This document shows positions 19,291 to 27,931 of a stretch of DNA of 64,000 nucleotides, in pieces (the stretch's first letter is position 1; every line of letters starts with the position of its first letter). The stretch comes from Bacillota bacterium (GTDB lineage Bacteria > Planctomycetota > UBA8108 > UBA1146): contig QNYK01000062.1 of NCBI GenBank assembly GCA_003973385.1, forward strand, positions 81,763-145,762, read 5' to 3'. The notes under the pieces are model-generated. The model had not been told where the DNA came from. It did not search any database and saw only the letters and a program-made list of their open reading frames with translations. Position numbers and translations under genes: made by a program.

Positions 19291-20388
19291 ATGACCCCGG
19301 AAAACAGGACTCAGCACAACAGTAACAAGGATGTGGCCGTGCCGTGGGCCAGCAACAAGACCAGTATCTTGCATGTCGGAATAGATCTGGGGACGAGCCG
19401 AAGCGCGATTGCCAGCTCTAACGGCGCTCGTGAAGTGATGGCGAGCCTGGTCGGTTGGCCCAAGGATTCGGTATCCGCCAGGGTACTGGGTGCCAGCATC
19501 CTTGTCGGCGACGCAGTGCTGGAAAATCGACTGGCACTCCATACCTGTTACCCACTGAATGCTGGGAATCTAGCCTTCACCGAGTTGAGCGGCCCCGAAA
19601 AGGACGCCTCGAGAAAGGCGGGAGTGACGCTGCTGGATGCGTTGCGCAAGGCCAGCAATCCGAGGCCAGATCAAGCGGTCTGTGCCGTGATCGGCGCCCC
19701 GGCTGAGGCCACCCGCGAGAACAAGCAGGCGATCGTGGACCTGGCCAGAGACGCCGGAATCGATGGAGTGATGGTGGTTTCCGAGCCCTTTGCCGTCGCC
19801 TATGCCGTCAATGCTCTGGAGAACGCCATCGTCATCGACATCGGAGCGGGCACCATCGACCTGTGTCGGATGGCTGGTAGTCTTCCCGGTGCAGAGGATC
19901 AGGTGACGGTGTTCCGCGCCGGCAACTATGTCGATCAAAGGCTGGCCGAATTGATTCGCGAGGCCCATCCCCAGGTTCAATTCACATCGAACATGATCAA
20001 GCTGGCCAAGGAGCGTTTCAGCAGCGTGGTGGATACCGAGAATCGCGCGCTGGTGACATTTCCGGTGGCCGGTTGCCCGACCAAGATCGACATCACTCCT
20101 CAACTACGAAGCGCTGTCGAGGAACTGGTGCCGTGGATCACACAAGGGATTCAGTCGCTGGTCGCCACCTTCGACCCGGAATTCCAGCATCGGATCCGCA
20201 ACAAGATCATCGTCAGCGGCGGAGGCTCGCAGGTCTTTGGCCTCCAGGAAGCCCTTGAAAAGGGGCTGGAAGCACTCGGCGGAGGCCGCGTGACGATCGT
20301 CGATGATCCGGTTTACGCAGGCGCTCAAGGTGCACTGAAGCTGGCCCAGGAGATGCCAGAAGAGTACTGGAGCCAGATGCGAAGGTGA
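19291..20388 (+). CDS. MamK-family actin-like ATPase (bacterial actin homologue distinct from MreB)
   Basis: Shares MamK-like motifs throughout: VGIDLGTSRSAIA (phosphate 1), VGWPKD, VCAVIGAPAEA, VVSEPFAVAY, IVIDIGAGTIDLC (phosphate 2), GSLPGAEDQVTVFRAGNYVDQRL, IIVSGGGSQVFGLQEAL (adenosine), DPVYAGAQGALKLAQEMPEEYW. Compared from memory with Magnetospirillum MamK. No database search was run. Confidence 0.8.
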   Translation: MTPENRTQHNSNKDVAVPWASNKTSILHVGIDLGTSRSAIASSNGAREVMASLVGWPKDSVSARVLGASILVGDAVLENRLALHTCYPLNAGNLAFTELSGPEKDASRKAGVTLLDALRKASNPRPDQAVCAVIGAPAEATRENKQAIVDLARDAGIDGVMVVSEPFAVAYAVNALENAIVIDIGAGTIDLCRMAGSLPGAEDQVTVFRAGNYVDQRLAELIREAHPQVQFTSNMIKLAKERFSSVVDTENRALVTFPVAGCPTKIDITPQLRSAVEELVPWITQGIQSLVATFDPEFQHRIRNKIIVSGGGSQVFGLQEALEKGLEALGGGRVTIVDDPVYAGAQGALKLAQEMPEEYWSQMRR

Positions 20389-20460
20389 TCCCTAGATTCC
20401 AATGCACTCCCCCCCTTCTCTGCCGGGGTCTCGATTCGTCGAGATCCCGGCGTATTTATT

Positions 20461-21603
20461 TCATGCGGTGGGTGGACTCTGGAGATCTCTCTGGCGCAAC
20501 TCTGCAACGATTCGTGCCAGCTGGACTCCCACTCCGGTCATCAGATCGACGCTGCTGGTCGGTCCCATCGACAGGCGAACAGAGCCGCGGATCCAGTCGA
20601 TATCGAAGCCCATCGCCTCCAGAACATGGCTCGGTTCCCTCGCTCCGGAGGAGCATGCAGAACCACTGGAAGCGGAGATGCCTGCCATATCGAGCCGCAC
20701 CAACAATGTCTCGGCGTGGATACCCAGAAACCCGATGTGGATACAGCCGGGCCAGTCGTGAGACTGGTGCTCGACGATACGAGTGTCTGGAATCGATTCC
20801 AGGTGGCTGATCAGAGCCGCTCTGGATTCCCTGAGCTGGCCAAGATCCCACAGCGGCGACTGCTGTGCCATATCAGCGAGCAGGCCAAGTCCTCGAATCG
20901 ATAGAAGATTCTCGGTGCCGGGCCTGATCTTCTTCTCCTGGGGACCACCGTGGTGCACCGGTTCGACCAGCAATCCATTCCTGACCCAGAGGGCGCCGAC
21001 TCCAATCGGTCCGAAGGACTTGTGAGCCGTGATGGAAGCGGAGTCCGCGCCGAGTTCTGGAAGCGTCTCGCCGAAACGGAAGAAACCCTGAGCCCCGTCG
21101 ATATGAAGCAGGCCTCCACCGGCATGGATTCGCCTGGCCAGATCTGGAATATCCTGGGTGATCCCGGTCTCATTATTGACCCATTGAATCGAGTAGAAGG
21201 CTCCTTCCACGACCTCGAAATCTCGGATTCGACCGAAGGAATCCACCTCGAGGAGGCCACCGGGGCGCCCCTGCAGCCACTGTTGTTTCGCTGGCTCCAG
21301 AATCGAAGGGTGCTCGGTGGCGCCCACATGAAGCGGGGCATCGGTGGGCGCCAGACCAAACATGGCCAGGTTGTTGGATTCGGTGCCCCCACTGGTGAAG
21401 TGTAGTTCTGAAGGAACCACACCGAGAAAGGAAGCGAGTCGCTGGCGCGCTTCCTCGAGATCTCTCCGCGCTTCCCGGCCATGACGGTGCAGACTGGATG
21501 GATTGGACGGTTCTCCGGCATGAAGCCACCCGGACATCTGGCGGGCGACCTCATCATGGATGGGTGTCGTTGCATTGAAATCGAGATAGATCGATTGCAT
21601 CAC
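20461..21603 (-). CDS. Cysteine desulfurase (class V aminotransferase, IscS/NifS-like)
   Basis: GGTESNNLAM, PLP-lysine motif SITAHKSFGPIGVGAL, C-terminal catalytic-loop region SSGSACSSG. Confidence 0.85.
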   Translation of the reverse strand: MMQSIYLDFNATTPIHDEVARQMSGWLHAGEPSNPSSLHRHGREARRDLEEARQRLASFLGVVPSELHFTSGGTESNNLAMFGLAPTDAPLHVGATEHPSILEPAKQQWLQGRPGGLLEVDSFGRIRDFEVVEGAFYSIQWVNNETGITQDIPDLARRIHAGGGLLHIDGAQGFFRFGETLPELGADSASITAHKSFGPIGVGALWVRNGLLVEPVHHGGPQEKKIRPGTENLLSIRGLGLLADMAQQSPLWDLGQLRESRAALISHLESIPDTRIVEHQSHDWPGCIHIGFLGIHAETLLVRLDMAGISASSGSACSSGAREPSHVLEAMGFDIDWIRGSVRLSMGPTSSVDLMTGVGVQLARIVAELRQRDLQSPPTA

Positions 21604-22067
21604 ATCGCCCCACCGAGATCGACCCCTCGGGTCAGAAGCAGATCAATCTGCCAGAGACCTGCGGAGTCGGGTTGAAGAAACAGGGAGTATTCGATGAGTT
21701 GATCTTCCGACGACCAGATCAGGGTGACCCACTGTTCCGGCTCCCCCGCCGAGATCGGTTCGGGAACAGGATCGATGCTGGAAAAGACCAGCAGTTCCAG
21801 CAGAGGAATGTCACCCAACTGCGGAACATCCGAAAATCGCAGCATCGCCTCGAAGGCGAGTTCAGAAATTCGATCCTGGCTCGTCGCAGACAGACAGCGA
21901 TAGGCAGCCGGGTATTGCCCTGCATCGATGGCGTACCGGAAGTACCGTACCGTTTCATGGGGTCCGTCGGTGTTGAAATGGCGATCCACGTCGGGGACAT
22001 GGCAACACCCACTGCACAGCAGATAGATGCAGCAAAGAGCCATCGAACGGGCTGTCTTCATCCCCAT
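21600..22067 (-). CDS. Putative lipoprotein (hypothetical)
   Basis: Lipobox-like N-terminus MALCCIYLLCSGC. 4-nt overlaps with both neighbours, which suggests an operon. Confidence 0.45.
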   Translation of the reverse strand: MGMKTARSMALCCIYLLCSGCCHVPDVDRHFNTDGPHETVRYFRYAIDAGQYPAAYRCLSATSQDRISELAFEAMLRFSDVPQLGDIPLLELLVFSSIDPVPEPISAGEPEQWVTLIWSSEDQLIEYSLFLQPDSAGLWQIDLLLTRGVDLGGAM

Positions 22068-22069
22068 CG

Positions 22070-22570
22070 TCAGTTTTCCTCATCTTCGGTGGGATCCATT
22101 TCAGACATCGGTGGGAACTCTGGAAACGGGATATCTGCGATCCCCAGATCGGTCACATCATTGACCTGATCCAGAACCGATCTGGAGACATGGATCGGAA
22201 AGCCGAGTCTAGCCGAGAGCACGAAGGCGTCGCTAGGTCTGCAATCGATGCGCACTTCTGATCTCATGTCGTCCTTGTCTACCCCCGTTTGAATCAGAAC
22301 CAGGGTGGAACAAAAGGCGCTATCGAGGATCTCGGATATGATGACCTTTGTGATCTTCAGATCGAAACCAATCAAGATCGATCGCAACAGGTCATGAGTC
22401 AGCGGCCTTGGCGTGTCCTGCTCTTGAACCGCTCGCGCGAGTGCTTCGCCCTCGGTAGAGCCGATGAAAATGACGAATGTTTTTTCGGTACTTTTCAGGA
22501 ATACAGCGGCTCCATCTGGGGACACTCCGATCAACTTATCGATGGTCACTTCAATGATTTCTTCTGTCAT
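22070..22570 (-). CDS. Bifunctional nuclease (BFN/DUF151) domain protein
   Basis: RPLTHDLL ... IDCRPSDAFVLSARLGFPIHV matches the conserved core of the DUF151/BFN family. Acidic C-terminal tail. Confidence 0.6.
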   Translation of the reverse strand: MTEEIIEVTIDKLIGVSPDGAAVFLKSTEKTFVIFIGSTEGEALARAVQEQDTPRPLTHDLLRSILIGFDLKITKVIISEILDSAFCSTLVLIQTGVDKDDMRSEVRIDCRPSDAFVLSARLGFPIHVSRSVLDQVNDVTDLGIADIPFPEFPPMSEMDPTEDEEN

Positions 22571-22610
22571 TGGTGCCTCTCATCGGATCCGGTAGTCTGG
22601 TACGAGGATT

Positions 22611-23369
22611 CTAATCGGGATCGATTTGTTGTGCATCCATCCCGTGACCTGCCAATGTCGCTTCAAAGCATGGCATCAGGGAACTGGATGCGGAGGAGAG
22701 GGCGAATCGCTCCCCGGGCCCACCATCCGGCACCACCGATAAATCACCTCCTGACTCGCTGATCAGTAACTCACCCGCGCCAACATCCCATGGATGGGTT
22801 CTGTACCATGCGCCCCCCTGAAGCCTTCCGGAGGCTATCCAGGCCATCTCCAGGGCGATCGATCCGAGCGATCTGGCCCTGGTCGATTCGGGGAAATGAG
22901 ACCTCCAGTCGGGATAGCGTCTCCTCCAGTGATCCGATAGGGAAAGCACCGGACTCTCCATCGAAGTGGACAGGGAGGGGCTCGGTCCGCCGCGCAGGAT
23001 TCCCTTACCGCGCCACGCTTCGAACCACTCGCCTCTGACAGGATCAGAGACCCAGCCCAGAACCACGGATCCGCCGTGGATGTAGGCGATGGAGACCGCA
23101 AACAGGGGAATCCCATGGCCGTGATTGGTCGAGCCATCGAGCGGATCGATCAGCCAACCCTGCTGGTCGGCACCGGGATCCATTCCCAGTTCCTCGCCGG
23201 CGACCAGGTCGTCAGAAAACGCAACGGCTAATTGATCACGAAAGAGCTGTTCAGAATCGATATCTGCAGGCAACCCCGCGTTGAATCGGTCCAGCACCAG
23301 CCGGGAGAGGTTCGCAAGAACCCGGCGTCCAAAAGCACGGCGAGGTCCGAGTTCAGCTGCGCTGTTCAA
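22611..23369 (-). CDS. Inositol monophosphatase family protein (SuhB/CysQ-like)
   Basis: Metal-binding motifs EE.G(18 aa)WLIDPLDGSTNH and WDVGAG. Confidence 0.8.
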   Translation of the reverse strand: MNSAAELGPRRAFGRRVLANLSRLVLDRFNAGLPADIDSEQLFRDQLAVAFSDDLVAGEELGMDPGADQQGWLIDPLDGSTNHGHGIPLFAVSIAYIHGGSVVLGWVSDPVRGEWFEAWRGKGILRGGPSPSLSTSMESPVLSLSDHWRRRYPDWRSHFPESTRARSLGSIALEMAWIASGRLQGGAWYRTHPWDVGAGELLISESGGDLSVVPDGGPGERFALSSASSSLMPCFEATLAGHGMDAQQIDPD

Positions 23370-24652
23370 GTCACGCCACCAGTTGCAGAGCGCTCAAGTG
23401 CGGCGATCCCTGGCAATTCAGTTCCCTCAAGGAATTCGAGGGCAGCCCCACCTCCGGTAGAGATGTGATGGAAACGATCTGCGATGCCGAGTTGCCGCGC
23501 TGCAGCAGCGCTGTCCCCCCCTCCAACAACGACAAGACCAGGGTGCTCCGCGAGGAAGCATGCCACTGTCGCCGTCCCATGTCGGAATTCCGGAGTTTCG
23601 AAGACTCCGAGCGGACCATTCCAGAAAATGGTCCTGGCTTGTTCGAGTTTCTGGCAGAAGAGGGTGGCCGTCTCCGGACCGATATCGAGCAGCATCATTC
23701 CTTCACCGGGAGTCGACCCCACAACGACGGTCTCGGTCCTGGTCGGTCGAGTCAGTTGATCTCCCGCGATGAAATCGACAGGAAGCACCAACTCCGGACC
23801 CCCGAGCAGTACCTCTCTGACTTCGGAGAGTGCTTCTGGCTCGGTGGCCGAGGCCCCCACATCGACACCGTTGCCCTCCAGCAAGGTATTGGCGAGTCCA
23901 CCACCACAGATGATTCCATCGAGCTGGCCAGAGAGGTGACCGAGAACTCCGAGTTTGTCACGGACCTTCGCACCGCCAGCTACGATCCAGAAGGGACGCT
24001 GAGCATCATCGCGAATCCTCGTCAGTACCTCGATCTCTCGCTCGATCAGGAACCCCGCGTAAGAAGGAAGTAGATCCGCCACGGCATCGACAGAAGCATG
24101 AGAACGGTGGCAGCATCCAAACGCGTCGTTGACGAAATACTGGCAACCGGTGGCCAGCGCTCGGGCAAAATCAGTATCGTTCGCCTTCTCGCCGGGGTCG
24201 AAACGGAGGTTTTCCAGCATCATGACGCCACCGGGCGCCAGTCCATCCAGTTGACGTATCGATTCGGCACCGGCAGGGATCTCGGGGAGATGAAGCACTG
24301 CGGATTGCAACTGCTGTTGCAACGAACTGGCCACCACCGCGGTGGAAAATGCCGGGTCTACAGTTGCAGGTCGTCCCAGATGAGAAATAAGGACGATCCT
24401 GGCACCTGCCCGCTGTAATGCCTTCAGGGATGGCAAGATCGCCTCGACTCGATTGGTATCGGTGACGCCTCCAGAATCGATGGGTAGATTCAGATCCGCA
24501 CGCAACAGCACCGGATCACGAGGTTTCAACCGTGGCAACAAGTCAGCAATGGATCGCAATCTCAACCGCCTTCCAGTAGACGACGAAATCTTGTTGGCGA
24601 GGTCAGCAACCAGCCCTGTACCCGCAAAGGGCCTCGAATCTCGATCCACCAC
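23366..24652 (-). CDS. pgk: Phosphoglycerate kinase
   Basis: RADLNLP, ISHLGRP, GGGDSAAA and the hinge-region pattern. The ORF is about 30 aa longer at the N-terminus than typical, so the start is uncertain. Confidence 0.9.
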   Translation of the reverse strand: MVDRDSRPFAGTGLVADLANKISSSTGRRLRLRSIADLLPRLKPRDPVLLRADLNLPIDSGGVTDTNRVEAILPSLKALQRAGARIVLISHLGRPATVDPAFSTAVVASSLQQQLQSAVLHLPEIPAGAESIRQLDGLAPGGVMMLENLRFDPGEKANDTDFARALATGCQYFVNDAFGCCHRSHASVDAVADLLPSYAGFLIEREIEVLTRIRDDAQRPFWIVAGGAKVRDKLGVLGHLSGQLDGIICGGGLANTLLEGNGVDVGASATEPEALSEVREVLLGGPELVLPVDFIAGDQLTRPTRTETVVVGSTPGEGMMLLDIGPETATLFCQKLEQARTIFWNGPLGVFETPEFRHGTATVACFLAEHPGLVVVGGGDSAAAARQLGIADRFHHISTGGGAALEFLEGTELPGIAALERSATGGVT

Positions 24653-24965
24653 CCCGCTGTTCCCGACAGCACATCAACGGGCAATTGCAGCACCACAGCA
24701 TCTTGCTGAGAGAGGCGCCACTGCCGCCCTGGACTCTATTCGGGATCACTCTCCATCGGTGTCTCGGCTGGATGCTGGATGATTCTTGCAATGTTGGCAG
24801 AGATGGCATGACGTCGAAGCAAGAATATCGGGAATCGGATCATTCCGATCAACCCCTGAGAGAGTCCAGAAAGCAGTTGCCACCAGACGATCCGCTTCGC
24901 CCTTGTGCCCGCGTCGGGTAGCGGAAGCGGAGAACTGCCGGAGGCGGTGCATGGATCGGAAGCCA

Positions 24966-26021
24966 TCAGGGAGAATCCGGCATCGGCAAGGAGCGGGAAC
25001 CCCGCTGTTTCATCCAACTCCAGCGTGAGATCCTCGCGGCAACCGTCTCCAGGGTGACGTAGTAGGTGAATTGTAACGCTTGCTCCTTGGGCCTCTGTGC
25101 GCTGGAGGAAAAGGGAATTCGCATCGTCGTGGTCTTTCGAAGCACCATGTCACCCTTTGAATTTCGTTCGAAGAACTGCGCCTTGGCTTCGCCCTGGAAA
25201 ATATTTGCGATGGGGGCTCCGTAGAAGGTCTCGAGTCTGACGAAGTAGCAGCGGATCTTGATCTTCAGGACCACAGGAACCTTGCCATCATCCTTGCCAG
25301 CCACGAACTGAAGTTTCCCGCCCATTCGACGGAGGTGGTAGGTCATCCCGGACCGCTCCGGTGCAGACCTCCCCAACTTCTCGTCCATCGTCACGACCAC
25401 GCGATCGGCGCCCAGGATGGGTAAAGGAGGCAACTCGGGAAGTTCTCCAGAGGCAGGTCGTTCCCAGTCGGGCAGTTTCAATATATCAGGGATCACCGTT
25501 GCGGGAGTTGCCGGATCGAACTCGAGTTCAGCCCTTCGTTTCTTCTCTCCCTCGGATCCGCGAAGAAACCAGTCTCCGCCTATCCAGACATACCCCAGCA
25601 CCGATCGAGCCTGATCGTGATCGGGATCGATCTGGACGACCATCTTCCAGTGCTTGAGGGCTTGAGCTTTGAGTTCAGCCGAGTCGCACCAGAGGGCCAG
25701 ATTCAGCTGGTCCTCAATCTTTGCAGGATCCAGTTGCTGGAGCCGGGTGCGATATTGATCGAGTGGTGTCAGGCGTCTTTCCGTCTTGACGATCTGGCTT
25801 CGATCGATGGTGATCACTTCACCTTCGCTCGACCGGATGCTGATCAGATCGCCGAGCTCTCTCAGGATGGATCCATCGATGACGCGACCGTCCTTGAGGT
25901 GAAACAGATCGGCGTACCCCACATCCATGGGAGTCATCGTCAGCAGAAAACCCAGCGCAAGGGCCAGGACGCGCACTCCTGGATGAGGAGCAGCGAGTTG
26001 TGCTGATGACGATGGGCTCAT
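24966..26021 (-). CDS. Secreted hypothetical protein
   Basis: 351-aa ORF with an N-terminal hydrophobic signal-like region (VLALALGFLLTMTP). No recognisable catalytic motifs. Confidence 0.45.
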   Translation of the reverse strand: MSPSSSAQLAAPHPGVRVLALALGFLLTMTPMDVGYADLFHLKDGRVIDGSILRELGDLISIRSSEGEVITIDRSQIVKTERRLTPLDQYRTRLQQLDPAKIEDQLNLALWCDSAELKAQALKHWKMVVQIDPDHDQARSVLGYVWIGGDWFLRGSEGEKKRRAELEFDPATPATVIPDILKLPDWERPASGELPELPPLPILGADRVVVTMDEKLGRSAPERSGMTYHLRRMGGKLQFVAGKDDGKVPVVLKIKIRCYFVRLETFYGAPIANIFQGEAKAQFFERNSKGDMVLRKTTTMRIPFSSSAQRPKEQALQFTYYVTLETVAARISRWSWMKQRGSRSLPMPDSP

Positions 26022-26137
26022 GACCGTGTATCCTCTCTCGAACAGACGTCAGGTTGATTCTCCCCCTGGCCCCTGAAGTTACCAGTGGATTTCCCACCTG
26101 GAGGGGCCCCAGCACGAGAGAGTGAAGGCCACCGAGA

Positions 26138-27931
26138 ATGTCCTGCAGCCCCGTCCCCACCGCTCTAACCCCTCTCGGCGTGGATGGGTTCACTCCAGAC
26201 CCGCGGATCTCGCTGCGGATCACCTGTCTCTGCCTGGCCCTGGCGGGCTGTGATGCAGGATCCTCGACTCCGCAGGTGCTGGTCGATATCACCGATGACA
26301 CCGGAATCCACTTCTGGCATGACAACGGCATGACCGGGGAACTCTATTTCTGTGAGACGGTCGGACCAGGGTCAGCATTCCTGGATTTCGATGGTGACGG
26401 TGATCTGGATATCTTTCTCCTCCAGGGGAGGTTGCTGGGCGACACCAAGCAGGAATCGGACCGGATCTTCACGCCCCCGGCTGGGCAGCCGACGGGGGCC
26501 AGATTGTATCGGAACGAAGGGGTCAATGATCTGGGTATCCCGCAGTTCATCGATGTGACCACATCGTCCAGGATCGATGCGAGTGGGTACGGGATGGGAT
26601 GTGCCGTGGGAGACATCGAGGGCGATGGTGACCCCGATCTTTACCTGACACAATTCGGCGAAGATCAGTTGTGGGTCAATCAAGGCGACGGCACTTTCAT
26701 CGACGGAACCGAGCAAGCAGGGCTAGGCGATGGTCGCTGGACTACCAGTGCCATCTTCATCGACATCGATGCCGATGGAGATGAAGATCTGTATGTTTGT
26801 TCCTACATCGATTTCACCCTGAAAAATCACAAACCCTGTTTCTCCGAGAGCAGTGCAGTCGAATACTGTGGGCCCAGTTCCTATACACCGCTGCCCGATC
26901 GCATTTACCGTAACCGCGGAGATGGCACCTTTGAGGAGATGACCTCTGCCAGTGGAATAGGAGCACAACCGGGCGCTGGTCTCGGTGTCGTATGTTCAGA
27001 TCTCGATGCAGATGGAAGGCTGGACTTCTATGTCGCCAACGATGGCATGGCCAATCGACTGTGGCGACAGGTGGCACCGTTTGTATTCGAGGATACAGCA
27101 CTGCTGGCCGGGTGCGCACTGCTGGCCGGGTGCGCGTACAACAGGGATGGTCGCCCGGAGGCTTCGATGGGAGCAGACCTCGCTGATTACGATGGAGATG
27201 GAGACGAAGATATCTTCGTCACTCACCTGACCGGAGAAACGAACACGCTCTACACCAACAATGGCAAGGGCATATTCGATGATGAGTCCTCACGATCGGG
27301 ACTCGGTGTTCCCAGTCGTCGTTGGACTGGATTCGGGACCGCGTGGTTTGATCTCGAAAATGATGGTGATCTCGATCTATTCGTCACAAACGGCGCAGTG
27401 AAACGGATGGAAGAACGAGTCGCTGCGGGCGACCCCTACCCTCTCGATCAACCCGATCAACTCTTCATCAATCGAGACGGAAAACACTTCGAGGAGATCG
27501 CTGCAGCCAGGGCCACGGTGCTTCAAGAGGAATCTGTGGGTCGAGGTGCTGCATTTGGAGACATCGACAACGATGGAGACATTGATATTCTCGTCAGTAA
27601 TAACTGCGGGAATGTTCGCCTTCTCCAGAACAGGGTCGGGGCCAGCAACTCATGGATCGGCCTCGATATCCGCAATGATGGAAACCGGGTCGAGACAGGA
27701 GTCCGGTGTGAAATCCGGCAGGGCGATCAGTCGGTCATATATAGACGATCTCGACGAGGAGGATCCTACCTGTGCAGTAACGATCCACGTATCTCGGTGG
27801 GTCTGGGGACGCGCACGGAGAATTGCGAAGTGACGATATTCTGGTTCGACGGTTTGATCGAAGTCTTCGAGGATCTTTCACTGCGCCGATATCACACGCT
27901 GCGCCATGGCGAAGGGATTCCAAGGCGATGA
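26138..27931 (+). CDS. CRTAC1/ASPIC-UnbV family protein with FG-GAP/VCBS-type repeats
   Basis: Repeated D-x-D-x-D-G-D-x-D calcium-binding beta-propeller repeats (DFDGDGDLDIFL, DIEGDGDPDLYL, DIDADGDEDLYV, DLDADGRLDFYV, DYDGDGDEDIFV, DLENDGDLDLFV, DIDNDGDIDILV). UnbV/ASPIC-like C-terminus (GGSYLCSNDPRISVGLG). Lipoprotein-like N-terminus. Confidence 0.8.
   Translation: MSCSPVPTALTPLGVDGFTPDPRISLRITCLCLALAGCDAGSSTPQVLVDITDDTGIHFWHDNGMTGELYFCETVGPGSAFLDFDGDGDLDIFLLQGRLLGDTKQESDRIFTPPAGQPTGARLYRNEGVNDLGIPQFIDVTTSSRIDASGYGMGCAVGDIEGDGDPDLYLTQFGEDQLWVNQGDGTFIDGTEQAGLGDGRWTTSAIFIDIDADGDEDLYVCSYIDFTLKNHKPCFSESSAVEYCGPSSYTPLPDRIYRNRGDGTFEEMTSASGIGAQPGAGLGVVCSDLDADGRLDFYVANDGMANRLWRQVAPFVFEDTALLAGCALLAGCAYNRDGRPEASMGADLADYDGDGDEDIFVTHLTGETNTLYTNNGKGIFDDESSRSGLGVPSRRWTGFGTAWFDLENDGDLDLFVTNGAVKRMEERVAAGDPYPLDQPDQLFINRDGKHFEEIAAARATVLQEESVGRGAAFGDIDNDGDIDILVSNNCGNVRLLQNRVGASNSWIGLDIRNDGNRVETGVRCEIRQGDQSVIYRRSRRGGSYLCSNDPRISVGLGTRTENCEVTIFWFDGLIEVFEDLSLRRYHTLRHGEGIPRR
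27101..27136. repeat. 18-bp perfect tandem duplication inside the CRTAC1-family gene (ACTGCTGGCCGGGTGCGC x2; encodes ALLAGCALLAGC)
   Basis: Read directly at ~27101-27136. Confidence 0.7.

Noticed and set aside
24453-25028. Small ORFs between pgk and the 24966..26021 gene (24453..24782, 24603..24809, 24685..24921, 24736..25017)
   Set aside because: Mutually overlapping, with no motifs. The region is more likely the pgk promoter/5' UTR.
27823-27927. The upstream 35-codon extension of the TPR protein ORF (start at 27823)
   Set aside because: The extension overlaps the CRTAC1-family coding region. The Met at 27928 gives a lipoprotein signal and a classic ATGA coupling.
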